This document shows positions 1 through 12,800 of a stretch of 64,000 nt of DNA, piece by piece. Below the pieces are notes generated by a model. That model was not told where the DNA came from. It made no database searches and saw only the letters and a list, made by a program, of their open reading frames with translations. Both the position numbers and the translations under genes were made by a program. This DNA comes from a virus. Location: positions 28,843-92,842 of IMG/VR virus record IMGVR_UViG_3300008262_000024; one strand, given 5' to 3'. The first letter of the stretch is position 1; every line of letters begins with the position of its first letter.

Positions 1-3000
1 CAAAACCTCCTTTTTTAAAGCTTCCAGTAGATTTAATAATCATAGATTGATTAATCCTTTCTTCTTTTAAGAATTCTGAAATATAAGGATGCTTCATAAT
101 ATGAATAATATTCTCAATAGATATACCTCTTAATACCATGTAAGATATTGTATCAAGAGTTTGATTGACAATATTTAATATTTCAGCATAAGGATCTTTA
201 ACTAAGTCTACTTGTGATGTAAGTAGTGCAGATAGTACTATTGATACAGATTCACCTACTTCATCAAGATTATTACCTAAATCTAAATTAGAAGTAAATC
301 CTTCAATATTAATTTGAACTGCAGGATATTCAGGATTAAGTTTAACACCATATCTCTGAGCTAAGTCTGCAAGATTAATCCAAGTAGCTAATTGACCTAC
401 ACCAGCTTTACCAGATACAAATCTAATAGATGCTTTAACATTAAATGCTTCAGTAAACAATCTAGTCATTGGTATACCTTCTTTAGGTACATAGGTTGAT
501 TTACTTGATGCTAAAGGTGTATCTGCTACTGGTGAGTAAAGATTTTTAGCTTGAGAAGGATGTAATAACATTTGGATTTCAATATCCAAGAAATGATTTT
601 CTAAAGCCTTTTGACTATTAATTTCTTCAACAGGTGTAGCTTCAAACTCTTCTCTAAAAGCTTCTTTAATGTTTTTCTTTCTAGTTCTAATTGCTTTAAT
701 TGCAGATTTTCTTTTAGCTTCTAGATCTTTTTCTTCTTGAGTAGGAGCATAAAAATCATTTATTTGTCTTTGAATTAATTTATTTTGTCCTATTAAAGAC
801 TTTTGTTGTGCAACAAGATTATCAAAGTTTTCAAGAAATACTCCTTCTTCAACAGCTTGTTTTCTAGTTTTTCTACCAGATGCATCAAGTGTTTTTTGAA
901 TTTCATCAATTGTATTTTGATTATTTTGTTGCTGTTCTCTTAAATTAGATTTAGCTTCTTTAGATGTAGTAGCTTCTTTACCAGTAGTTTCATTGGCATA
1001 TTTTATAAACTCATTAATAGCTTCTTGACCTAATGCATTTAATGCTGCTTCAAGATTATCTAATCTAGATGCAAAACTTTTATAGTTAGGATCTGTCTTA
1101 ATGTCACCTTGCTTTTTAAATACACCTTTGTCTTCAAGAAACTTATCAAACAATTCATCAGTATGAGTTTCATAATATTTAATTCTATTACCATCTTTAT
1201 CTAAATGATAATAGTATAATGATATTTTATCAATATCAAAGTCACCACCTGTCTTAGCTACAAGCTCTGATGGAACTACAGCCATACCTTGCATCATTGG
1301 TAACAAGAACTTTTTAATCTTAAATACATCATTAGATGAAAACTGTTGATTAGGAATACGAAGACCTTTAGCTATAACCTCAAGGTCACCTTTAGCAATA
1401 TCAGAATTTAACTTTTGTACAGCTTCAAGAATATTTCTAGTGTTGTATTTAGTAAATGCTGCTTTTAATATTTCTGGTGTTACAGGAATAATAATTTCAG
1501 CAGGTGATATACTACCATCTTTATTTATTTCATAAAACTTAAGAACATCTGAATCAGATTTTAAAGTACCATCTTCATCATATTGTCTAGGTCCTGACTC
1601 AAACCCTGTAACAGCAGCTTGAGGAACCATGTCACCTAATCTCTTTTGAACAAGTACTCTATTAGTTACTAATGCATTAAGAATAGGTTCTATCTTATTA
1701 CTATTAGGAATAAGCTCTACATATTTAACATCTTCTAAAAACTTTTCAGCAGCTTCAATAACATTATCTGCAGAGTTTCTATCTTTAGCAGCTTCAACTA
1801 AAACATCTCTTAATTTTTTAACAGATATTTTAATTTCATCAGGATAAACTTGAGCATCAAGTTCTTCTAAAAGATTATCTATAGATCTATTAATAATTGT
1901 ATTTTGAACTTTTTCATATTTTCTAACTAGTGAATATACAGGAGAAGCTGATTCTTTTTGTTCTTCACTTAAAGAATCCCATTCTTCTTTAGTACCTGGA
2001 AAATCTGAAGGAACACCTTTATCAAAAAATCCTTCAAGTATATTTTTTCTAGCCTGAGTAGAACTTGTAATTTTATTTTTAGGAATGTTATTAATCTTAA
2101 CCTGATTCTTCATATACTTCCAAGGTAATCTACCAATTTGATCTTCTGTAATTTCTTGAAGATCCCAATTACCTTCTGTATATAATGGTCTCATTTGTTT
2201 AATACCAAACTTAGCAGCACCCTCCATATGTAATACATCAATAGAGTTAGCTATCATAAATTCATGTACTGCATTTAAAGCTACATCATATATAGCTGTA
2301 GGCATTAATGGAAGATAAGCTGTCTTTCTACCAGCTATAACATTTAAACCAACCTCATCAGTTGTTGTAAAGTCATTAGGACCTACATACTGTGGTTTTT
2401 TAATAGTTAATGGTGCATAGGTTTTAAATAACCATTCACCAATATCTTTAACATCATCTGGAATATTTAAATCATCTTTAATAGAATCTAAATCATATCC
2501 ACTGTTTATAAACTTAACTTGTAAATCAAAGTTTCTTTGTTTAGCATCATTCCACTCATCAGTTCTAAGTTCAAACTCTCTAGCCATGAACATGTTAATA
2601 TATGAGAAACCATCATTTTCTGTATATTCTTGATAAGCTTTAGCATATGATGTTGCATATTGTTCAGCTTTTTGTTCATCACCTTTAAAGTCTTTTAGAA
2701 GTTTATCTTTAATAGCTTGTTTAATATTATCATAGTAATATGATTTTACAGCTGGATCTGAAATAACTAACTCTCTTATAATGTTTACATCATAATCTTT
2801 TTTATAAGTATAAGTAGTATCTCCTATTTTAACTGGAGATTCAGAATTTAATTTTCTAACTTGATAATCAATTTCCTTTCCTATAAGACTTAATTTACCA
2901 GTAGATGATTGTGTGTTCAATCTTTTAGGTAAATCTTTAGATTCTTTATAAGCTGTAACATCACCTACAAATAATATAGATTGCTCATACTTCTGTAAGA

Positions 3001-6000
3001 AACTTTCTAATGCTGCATATGATACTGCTAATTCCCAATCATTATTAAACAAAGATTTAGATATTATTTCTTCAGATATACCAATAGCTGTTTGTTCATA
3101 AATTGTTTCAGCATACTCACCAAATCCTTCTACCTTTTTATAAGTTTTATTTAAACCATACTCTTTAAACATTTTAATGTCTTCAGAGATTACACTTTGT
3201 TTTAAATAATTTGTTATTTTATCTGCAATATACTTGTCAGTAGGTTGAAGTGTTCCTTTAACTAGGTCTTTAAAATCATTGTAAGGAATAATTTCTGAAA
3301 AGAATGATTTTACTTTATAGGTTTTTTCATCCTTCAAAGTTCTATCCATATATGAATAGTCACCTTTTGGTTTATTTAATTCATCTATCAAATAACCTGT
3401 AATAACATCCTTAGCTTGACTTACAACATTGTTAATGTTAGTTTCTGGTGTTAATATACTACTGTTTGTACCTATTTTATAAACAGGAAATAAACTTCTA
3501 TCTGAATGTTTTTGAGATGGTGATAGACCACTTAATGTCATATTAAGATTTAAAGAAAATAAGTCACCTTCTTTTAAATCTGAAACATGTGTTGCTTTAT
3601 CTAAGGTAACATCTTTTAAACCTTCAACAATAGCATACTCTACTTTTTCACCATTATAAATTTTTTGTATCCATCTAGAATTTTCACTTTGATTATTTTT
3701 AAATATATGTGGAAGAGCTTCTTTTAAATATTCTATTCTATAATCTCTTTTTTCTATTGGATCAATAGAATCATCATTATTAACTAAATCTATATAATAG
3801 TTAATAGTATCAGCAATTATGGTTTGATAAGTATTAAGGTTAATAAGATATACTGGTTTACCATCAATGTTCATAAACTGAAGTTCAGTATTTTCAGATT
3901 TTGATTCAGCAATAACATTTATTATTTTATTTAGTCTTACTGAATATTCACCATCATATATTTTAGAAACCTTATCTACTTTTACTAGATTTAAAATCTT
4001 ACTAACTTCATCTTTAATAATATTTAAACCTTCTTCACTAACATCAGATAATGATCCAAGTCCTAAGACTTCAAACTTTTCTTCTAAACTTACATTAGGA
4101 TCTTTTAACATTGCTAAAAAGTTAGCATCTTTATCACCTTTAAGTTTAAATCCTGTAAACTCTGAATAGTTCTTTTTAAATTTAACTTTAGCTTCATTTA
4201 ACAATGTGCTAATATAATTTTCTTTATTAGCAGGAATAAAAACCATGTTTCCATTCTTTAATAATCCTGTATAGAAATTATATTTAGTTAATGCAAACTC
4301 TGATACAAAAGATCTTCTTAAATCTAAGATTGTCTTTACATCATCAGTAATAGGTTGATTGTTATCAATTATATCATCAACATTAATATCATTTAAATAA
4401 TCTAATAAATCATTAAACTGAGGATATTTTTCAGATAACTCTTTAATCTTATCAATAAATATATTAATATCTGCAGGTAATGTAGCTAATGAATTCTTAA
4501 GAATGTTAACATTATTGTTCCAACTACCTGCTTGAACAATGTTAAGTACATTTGATCTCTTTAGACTATAGTCTTTATTTCTATCAGGTAATGCACTAAT
4601 TAAAAGCTTAATAGCTTTAGGCATGCTGTCTTTAGTATTAAACTCAATAGCTGGAATAATATCAAGATTAGATCTACCTATCTTATCACCTTCTTCTTTT
4701 AAATCCTCTGCAGTTCTATCTTCAGTAAGATTATCAGTTTCAGTTGATAGTTTATCTGGTTTAGTAATAATGTCTGAAGTCTTTTCTTCTAAAGTTTTTA
4801 TATTAAAAGAACTTAATCTACTTAAATGTTCTTTAATTAAACTAACAAATGCATTATCAGGATCTTCATTAAATGCTTCTAAAATTTCATTAGATTCAAT
4901 TTTATTAGATATTTCAAGATCATCTAATACTTGATTAATTACAACATCATATACATTTTTAATTTGATCAGAAGTATAATTGCTTTCAGCAATATCAAAT
5001 ATTCCATTTACAAACTCTCCATTAAATTCTTTAGTAAAATTCTTTATAACACTTGGAGTAAATAATATTTTAGCAAAATAATAATCCATTGCAAATAACA
5101 ACTCATGTTTTTCAGTAGCTGTTAATTCTCTACTGTTAATAGATATTGCTCTATTTTTTTCAACAGATGTATTCTCAACAAGCTTTTTAGCTTTAGAGTA
5201 TCTACCCTCATCAATAAGTTTATAAAGTTCTTTAATGTCTTTAGGTGAAGCTTTTAAAAGTTTATCAAAGAAATTAATTATATCCTGATATATCTTTTCA
5301 AATATGTTAGATGGCTTAGGTTTAGCTAAATTGTAATCTCTAAAATCTTCTGCAAAGTATTCTTCTATTAAATCATCTTCTGTAAGATCTGGATAACTCT
5401 TTGTAAGATATTGTATTTTAGATTTATAATCAGGATCTGATTTAAATTGATCTAACAATCTAGATCTTTCTTCAGGAGTTAAATAAAAATTCCATACTCT
5501 ATGAAATGCTTCATGATACTCAGTACCTTCTTCAAATGATTCTGACAAAAGTATTTTACCATCTTTAAGTATTTTACCAAAAGCATTACCATCAACTAAA
5601 CCTTGTACTCTAACAATTTCATTAGCTGACATACCAAGTTTTTCTCTTAAGTATTTTTCAGCTTTTGTAAAATCACCTTTTTTATATTCTAAAGGTTTTG
5701 ATAATTTATTTTTTATATTTGTTTGAAGAGTTAATAATGCATTTTTCCAGTCATTATATGTATTCATAGACTGAAAATTAATTTCTCTTTTATCTACAAA
5801 GTCTTTTACTTTTTCTTGAGCTGCTTTAGATATAAAAGGTTCATTTAATACTATAAATCCTTCTAAATCTTCTCCTATAACTTTTTGTTCTTCTCCATAC
5901 TTATTTATAAAATAAGATTCACCATCTTCTTTTTTATAATAATAATTTTCATCAGAAATACCTTCTAATTTTAAATATGCTTTAAAAGCTTTATAATGAT

Positions 6001-6880
6001 TTCTATGTTTATTATATAGTTGTTCAAAATTAGATGTATCTATATTTAAGTTTTTTGCAATTGCTATTAAAGCTAAAGAATTGTTTTTTAAATCATACCA
6101 CTTTGGAATTGTATTTAAAAAAACTTCTTCATTATTTTTATAATGAACAACTTCATCAGGATAATTAACATTTAAACTTTCAAGAGATTTTGTAACATCT
6201 TTTCTATATTCTGGTTTACTTAAACTTGCTTTTCTAGATTTACCTTGTGCAAACTTCTTAAATCCTTCTATATCTTGTTTAGAACCTAATATGTGAATTT
6301 GTTTTTTAGATTTTACTACATATTCATCTCCACCTTGAGCAATAACTATTGCTGAATCATTTGTTAAAAAAGTAGGATTAGCTTTATAAGCTAATTCTTT
6401 AGAATCAAAATCTGCTGAAAAATTTAAAATTACAGCATATTGTTGGTCACCATAATCTCTTGCTCTATCTCTATTTTTAAAAAAATAATTCCAAAGTCTA
6501 ATGTTTACTTCATTGTCTCTACCTACTGATCCATCATCTTCACTATCTCTAAAAAAATCATCCTTGTTTTCAATAAATGGAAGCCCGTGATAAAATATAT
6601 CTTTTTCTTTACTATTAGGAAATATAGTGTCAAGATATTGAGAGTATAGTTCTAATGTACCTATAGTAGCTAATTCAGGATTAGATTCAAATATTTCTGC
6701 CACTCCTAATTTAACAGATACTCTTTCTTCAACACCTAATTCTTTTAATGTAGGAAATCTATCAGTATTATTTTGCTGTTGCCATAAAGCAATCTTTGCA
6801 GCAAGTACATCTGAATTTACAGTAGCTTTTGATTCTAAGTCTTTAAACTCTTTAGATGAAGTAACTATACAGTATGTCAT
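1..6880 (-). CDS. Virion-packaged DNA-dependent RNA polymerase (crAss/phi14:2 gp66-like), 3' end outside window; N-terminal ART-like and zincin domains
   Basis: Not in the ORF track because there is no stop in the window. The ATG at 6880 overlaps the TGA of the upstream gene (ATGA). Manual translation begins MTYCIVTSSKEFKDLE. In the same frame are HEAFH (5501-5515), LRIPNQ (~1345-1363) and GGDFDIDK (1226-1249), the DFDID catalytic motif of crAss-like RNAPs. Confidence 0.93.
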   Translation of the reverse strand, partial: MTYCIVTSSKEFKDLESKATVNSDVLAAKIALWQQQNNTDRFPTLKELGVEERVSVKLGVAEIFESNPELATIGTLELYSQYLDTIFPNSKEKDIFYHGLPFIENKDDFFRDSEDDGSVGRDNEVNIRLWNYFFKNRDRARDYGDQQYAVILNFSADFDSKELAYKANPTFLTNDSAIVIAQGGDEYVVKSKKQIHILGSKQDIEGFKKFAQGKSRKASLSKPEYRKDVTKSLESLNVNYPDEVVHYKNNEEVFLNTIPKWYDLKNNSLALIAIAKNLNIDTSNFEQLYNKHRNHYKAFKAYLKLEGISDENYYYKKEDGESYFINKYGEEQKVIGEDLEGFIVLNEPFISKAAQEKVKDFVDKREINFQSMNTYNDWKNALLTLQTNIKNKLSKPLEYKKGDFTKAEKYLREKLGMSANEIVRVQGLVDGNAFGKILKDGKILLSESFEEGTEYHEAFHRVWNFYLTPEERSRLLDQFKSDPDYKSKIQYLTKSYPDLTEDDLIEEYFAEDFRDYNLAKPKPSNIFEKIYQDIINFFDKLLKASPKDIKELYKLIDEGRYSKAKKLVENTSVEKNRAISINSRELTATEKHELLFAMDYYFAKILFTPSVIKNFTKEFNGEFVNGIFDIAESNYTSDQIKNVYDVVINQVLDDLEISNKIESNEILEAFNEDPDNAFVSLIKEHLSRLSSFNIKTLEEKTSDIITKPDKLSTETDNLTEDRTAEDLKEEGDKIGRSNLDIIPAIEFNTKDSMPKAIKLLISALPDRNKDYSLKRSNVLNIVQAGSWNNNVNILKNSLATLPADINIFIDKIKELSEKYPQFNDLLDYLNDINVDDIIDNNQPITDDVKTILDLRRSFVSEFALTKYNFYTGLLKNGNMVFIPANKENYISTLLNEAKVKFKKNYSEFTGFKLKGDKDANFLAMLKDPNVSLEEKFEVLGLGSLSDVSEEGLNIIKDEVSKILNLVKVDKVSKIYDGEYSVRLNKIINVIAESKSENTELQFMNIDGKPVYLINLNTYQTIIADTINYYIDLVNNDDSIDPIEKRDYRIEYLKEALPHIFKNNQSENSRWIQKIYNGEKVEYAIVEGLKDVTLDKATHVSDLKEGDLFSLNLNMTLSGLSPSQKHSDRSLFPVYKIGTNSSILTPETNINNVVSQAKDVITGYLIDELNKPKGDYSYMDRTLKDEKTYKVKSFFSEIIPYNDFKDLVKGTLQPTDKYIADKITNYLKQSVISEDIKMFKEYGLNKTYKKVEGFGEYAETIYEQTAIGISEEIISKSLFNNDWELAVSYAALESFLQKYEQSILFVGDVTAYKESKDLPKRLNTQSSTGKLSLIGKEIDYQVRKLNSESPVKIGDTTYTYKKDYDVNIIRELVISDPAVKSYYYDNIKQAIKDKLLKDFKGDEQKAEQYATSYAKAYQEYTENDGFSYINMFMAREFELRTDEWNDAKQRNFDLQVKFINSGYDLDSIKDDLNIPDDVKDIGEWLFKTYAPLTIKKPQYVGPNDFTTTDEVGLNVIAGRKTAYLPLMPTAIYDVALNAVHEFMIANSIDVLHMEGAAKFGIKQMRPLYTEGNWDLQEITEDQIGRLPWKYMKNQVKINNIPKNKITSSTQARKNILEGFFDKGVPSDFPGTKEEWDSLSEEQKESASPVYSLVRKYEKVQNTIINRSIDNLLEELDAQVYPDEIKISVKKLRDVLVEAAKDRNSADNVIEAAEKFLEDVKYVELIPNSNKIEPILNALVTNRVLVQKRLGDMVPQAAVTGFESGPRQYDEDGTLKSDSDVLKFYEINKDGSISPAEIIIPVTPEILKAAFTKYNTRNILEAVQKLNSDIAKGDLEVIAKGLRIPNQQFSSNDVFKIKKFLLPMMQGMAVVPSELVAKTGGDFDIDKISLYYYHLDKDGNRIKYYETHTDELFDKFLEDKGVFKKQGDIKTDPNYKSFASRLDNLEAALNALGQEAINEFIKYANETTGKEATTSKEAKSNLREQQQNNQNTIDEIQKTLDASGRKTRKQAVEEGVFLENFDNLVAQQKSLIGQNKLIQRQINDFYAPTQEEKDLEAKRKSAIKAIRTRKKNIKEAFREEFEATPVEEINSQKALENHFLDIEIQMLLHPSQAKNLYSPVADTPLASSKSTYVPKEGIPMTRLFTEAFNVKASIRFVSGKAGVGQLATWINLADLAQRYGVKLNPEYPAVQINIEGFTSNLDLGNNLDEVGESVSIVLSALLTSQVDLVKDPYAEILNIVNQTLDTISYMVLRGISIENIIHIMKHPYISEFLKEERINQSMIIKSTGSFKKGGF

Positions 6881-9800
6881 TTTGTTTTACAGTTTTTAGC
6901 TTGTTGTTGCATCATTGCTTTTTCTGCTTTTGTACTTGGAGCAGACAAACCACTAACACCTCTTCTTCTAAACTTTTGTAACTTAGTTTCTCCTTCTTTA
7001 GTTTCAGTAGGTTTACCTTCTAAAGCAGCTAGTTCTGCGTTAATAAATTTAGAAAGAAGATATTTTGAAACAATATTAGCAACTTCTGTTTCAGACTTTG
7101 CTTTACTCAACTTGTCTTTTAAATCTTTCTCAAGTTCTGTTTGATTTAATGTATTTTGCCAAGATTCATATTTAGCTTCATCTAAAACATTGAATATATC
7201 ATCCATTTTAGATGTCAGATCATCAGTGGATGCTACTAGGTTTTTAATTTCATTAAGCTGTTTTTTTCTATCAGAAACAGTAGCTGTAGAATCACTTTCT
7301 ATTTCATCAGCTACTTCCTCTTCTTTAGAAACAGGAGTTTCTTCTGAAAGAGAAGCTTTAAGTTTAGCTTTAAGTTTTTCTTTTTGTGCTTTTAATTTAG
7401 CTTTAATTTTATCTTCATCAGATAAATTAAGTTCTGAGGTATCTGTTTCAGTTTTAGTTTCTTTCTTTTTAGAAACAACAACTTTCTTATTTTCAGGTTT
7501 ATCTGAAGGCTTTGTAAAGTTTTCATTAAGTTGAACTTTAATAGTATTACCTTCTGATACTCTTTTAAACACAATCATCTTGTTTGCAAATTTAGGAAAA
7601 TTATCTTTACTAGGTAATGATGTTCTTAATACACTATCAACTAAGAAACTTCTGTAACTTGGATAAGATTTGTAACTCATTTCATATTTACCATCAGCAG
7701 TTCTTTTAACTTGAGGATGGAAATATAAGTTTGGAGTATTTTCACCTAACAACTGTTTATTAACATTTAATCTTTTATCTGCAAGATAAGTTACTAAATC
7801 TCCAATTAAAGGATTTTGAAGTGGATCTGTTGAAGCAAGTGCTTTCTTTAGAGTTAATATATCCAAACTAGTTTGAATCCATTTACCATCTTCTAACTTC
7901 TTTTTAAAATGAATTTCACCATTATGATAAAATATTTCACTTACCTTATCAGATGCAATAGGAATTTCTTTTCCTTGTTGATCAATATAATTTTTATCTA
8001 ACTGTCTTCCCCAATACAATAAACTAGTAATAGCTGATACATTACTTTCACTATTAAATGGTAACATTAAATAAGAACCTATAGCCTGCATTTCATCAGA
8101 TGAACTAGACTTTTTAATTCTCATAAACTTCTTATCTCCAAAATCAGGTGCTTTAACATTACCTTCATCTGCAGTAGACATTATATATAGTGCAGTTAAT
8201 ATTTCATCAGGAGTAAGAGTTCTTTGAGTTAATGGTACAACTTCATTAGTTTTATCCATCTTTAAAATAACTTTACCAGGAGTATATGAAGTTTGTGTTG
8301 TATAATCTACAACTTCAATATCACCACCTTCTAATATACCTTTCTCAGTTACTTTAACAGGTAATGCTTTAGTTATCTTACGTTGAACAGGTTTGTTAAA
8401 CATTGGTTTACCATTTTCATCAGTTTCATATTGTATGATAGGAACACCACCTGTCACTAAAGAAATACCTGAATAAGCTTTCTTGTTTTCAGTTTCAACA
8501 TGATTAACTATTGTATTGATAACTTGTTCTTGATATAAACCTTTATCACCAGCTATAATTTCTTTAGCTTTAGCAATAAGTTCATCTATAGTTATTTCAC
8601 CATATAATTCATATACACCACTGTTTTCAATATTATTAGTCTTTTCACTATTAAGAACAATATTACTTTGATACTTTATTTTAGAGTTCATTAATAGACT
8701 TACTATTTTTTTACCAGCTTTAGACATAGCATAGTTACTACCATCTTTTAAATAGTCAGCAACAATCTCAGCATCACTTTCACTTATTTCTAATGCTGAT
8801 GTTCCAGCTATAAATGCATCATATCTAGTTTCAATAATAGCTTTACCATCTTTAATTGTAACAGTAACATCTACATCTTTACCATAATTTTTAGCAGCAA
8901 ATGTATAAACACCATCTTTCTCTTTAACTTCATAATTATTAATAAACTTAACATCTTTTCTAATATTAAATCCATTAGTAATTAAACTAACAGCTGCAGC
9001 ATTATTAATTCTAAGAGCACCAGATTTACTTGTAATTGATTTAGGAATAAAACCTACAACTAGTTTAGTTTGGTTAGCATATGTTTCAGTTGCAGGATTA
9101 CCTTTTTCATCTTCTAAATAAAATCCTATTGACAAATCACCTGGTTTTCTACCTTCTTCACCTTCTGGTATTGCTTTATATAAGTTTAATAACTCTGAAC
9201 TAGTTTGACCACCACCAAGAGACACAGTAACATTTCCATCTTGATCTGTTCTACCTATAAAGAATCTAACATTATATTTCTTAGCTAAGTCAGGATTATT
9301 TTTTATAAATGTACTTAACCTTCTATAGTTTTCATCATTCTCATTTAGTTCAGGCAGACCTTCATTATTATCAGGATATGATGTCTTTTTAGTTTTATCA
9401 TCATATGCTAAATCTAATGCAATAGATCTAAATATATAATTTGATAGAAACCCACTAAAGTCAGGTTTACCTCCTACTTCTTCTTCTTCATAAACTGTTG
9501 GAGCTTGTCCAGTAGGTGCTTGATTATTATAGTTAATAGGTTGACCAGGAGTTCTATTTAATTTATTTTTATATTGAATGAATAAATCATTCATTAAAGT
9601 TTTTAAATCATTTTCTTTTTGAGTAATTTCTAGAAGTCTTATTTCTCTAGGACCCATCTGTGCTATTTGCTGTTCAGATAAATCAAAGTAATATTTAGTT
9701 GCAGATTCTAATAACCTTTGTCTATGACTAACAATTTTATCAATCATTCTATCTGGATAGAAATAATGATTATCTACATAAAATTGTGTTTCAACACTTA

Positions 9801-12800
9801 AAGGTATTTGATTTGCGTTCTTAGCTGCAGATTTAATATCACTTGTTAATTGTGATAAACCTTCAACACCAAATCCTAAATACTGATCTGTTAATAAGTT
9901 ATTTGTTATTTGTATAATTTTAATATACTCTTCATCAGTAATAACATTATTTCTAAGTTTTTCAATAGAACTAAATATTAACTTAAGAGGTTTGTATCTA
10001 GCAGCTATTAATTTTAGTTTGTTAGGTGAACCATCTTTATTAGTATCAGATACAAAATCTGCTGTTAATAATGCTTGAATAATTTCATTAATATCTTTAA
10101 CTCTATTAAGGTCTTCAAGTATTATTTGAAGTTCTGTTCTTAGGTCAAGAGCATTATTTAATTCTTGTTCAGCTTTAGCTACAGCTTGTTCTGCTTTTTG
10201 AAGATTTTCATTTAACTGTCTTTCTTCTTCTATTAAAGATTCTAGCTCTTTATTTATTTCATTTAAAATTGATCTTGTAAATTCATCAAACAAAATGTTA
10301 TCTTGTTCAGTTTTAAACTTACCATCTTGTTTATTAATTTCAAAATCTTCTTTTATTCTATATAATAAATCTAACTGTTGAGTTAAACTATCATATATAC
10401 TATTTAAATCTGTTATTTGATTATCAATTTCTTCAAGTAATCCTTCTAATCTTTTAATTTCAGCTTGAAGTTGCTTCTTTTCTTGTGCTTTACCATTATT
10501 AGCTCTACCAAATTCATTAGTGATTTCTTTAATCCAGTTTTGATAAATTTCTATTTCATTTTTAATCTGAACTCTTTTATTTACAGCATCTTGTAGCATA
10601 CCTTTATTTTCAGATAAACTTGTCCACAGTTTATCATATACTACTTCAAATGCTCTAAGCTTAGCAACTTTACTTCTTCTTATTCTTTCAAGTTTTCTTT
10701 TTAAAAAAGCTTCCTGCTTGTTTATAATTCTAACACCTTTATTCTTTTTTAAAAAGTCAATAGTAAATTCTCCTTTAACTTCTTTAGTGAAAGAATCTCT
10801 ATATAATCTTTTTAATTTACCAGTTGTAACATCTCTTTCAGAATATGCTTCATACTCTTTACCATTAAGTTCAAAGTAAAAAAATCTATCATCACCTTTA
10901 AACTTTTGAAGTTCTTCAGGAGAAAGTTTAGCTTTAACTTCAGGATCTAGAGTATGTTCTATATCCATCTTATAACCAGCATCAGCTAAATCTTTAGCAA
11001 ATTTATCTGTTACTTGTTTATCAGTAATTTCAGATTCTTGTTTTGAAATTTCTTTATTTGTTTTATCAGCTAAGTATTTATTATATTCTTCTTGAATAGC
11101 TTCTTTACTATATAAAGCTTTCTCATCTTCTAAAAGATCTTTAAGTTGTTCTTTATATTGTTTTTCTTTACCATAAAGAAGTTCTAGTTCTTTTTTATCT
11201 GATTCAGATAATTCAACAGGAGTTGTAGGATCTTCTTTATCTACAAGATTTTTAGATACAATATTAAATATTTGTTGATTTAAACTATTAGTAACTTTTT
11301 TAAGTTCTGAATTTAAAACTACTTTTTCTAACTTTTTATTTCTAATTAACTGACTAAATGCAGCTCTATCACTTTTACTACCACCTTGTAAAGTTGGCAT
11401 ATCAAACTCATGTCTATTATCAACACTGTCATAAAGTTCATAATACTCATCAACTCTTTGTAATAAATTTGACATTCTTTGAGCTTGTGTTGTAGAACCT
11501 GTTAAACCAAGTAACTCTTCAACATCTTGTTTTTCTAATTCACTTTTAGAAAGCTCACTTGTAATATGATTTTTTAAAATTTGAATACCTTCTTGACCTT
11601 GCTCAAAGAAAGGTTGAAAGTAATTGTAATCTAATATTGATTGAATTAAACTATAATCTTCTTTATCTCCTGATAATGCTGCTATATCAGCAAGCTTATT
11701 TAACATTATTTTATTTTCAGGTTGACTTAACAACTGCTGAAACTTTTCTTGATTTATTTTAGGAGTACCTTTTTCAATTATAATTTTACCATTATCATCT
11801 TTTTCAAATATATCAGCAACACCTTTCATTCTGTCAATTAAATTGTTTTTTAATTGAGCATGTAGTATACTGCCATATTTACTTTGATACCTATCATCTT
11901 TAATTTGACCTACTATTGACATACCTCCACCAAGAATACCACCTAATGCAATAGCTTTTCGCATATCAGTAGTACCTAAATTTTCAACATATGAGTCTAT
12001 AAGCCCACCTAATTTTTGATAATAGGTTTTATCTTGTTCATCTTCAGATAACATTGCTTGATCTTTAAAATACTCAGCACCTGAAAATTGTAAACCTTCT
12101 TCAAAAAAACCTTCTTTACCTAAACCAACAGCAGCTTTACCTAAATAACCTAAATATTTTTGTTTTAATGTTTTAGCACTAAAGTCTTGAAGAACTCCTT
12201 GTTCATTAAACATTTTACTAAGTGCTGATTTTCTAGAACCAAATGCACCAAATAATGCTCTTTGGTCCATTAAGTTAGGAACAAGTAATATTGCCATATT
12301 GAATTTAAAGACATCAGCTGCTACTCCACCTGCTTGTTCTCTTAAACCCATCATAGTGTTTTCATCTATTTGAGAAGCATCTTCTATATTATTAGCTTCC
12401 ATGTAATTAGAAACTACAGCATCTAAAGTATTATCAAAAGATTCTTTAGCTTCAGCAGAAGCTTCTAATGTAGCATTAACTGTAGCTGCTGTAAAATCAT
12501 TAAAGTTTCTAGCAGCTCTCATTCCTAACTTTTCAGCTTGAGCTGCATATCTTAATGCTCCAGTTTTAGTAAGACCTTTAGATAAACCTTTAACTGTTCT
12601 TAAATAAGCATTACCTGCATTATAAAGATTAACACCTCTTTGTCCTAATTTTAAAAGTTTAAGTGCATTACCTGGTACTAACATTGATGCTAAAAATCCT
12701 ATACCATCAGCACCTTCTGTAGCCCAAAATGAAGCTGAAAATAAGTTATCCAATAAACCACCTTTTTTAACTGATTCAGGAATATATACTTTTAATAATT

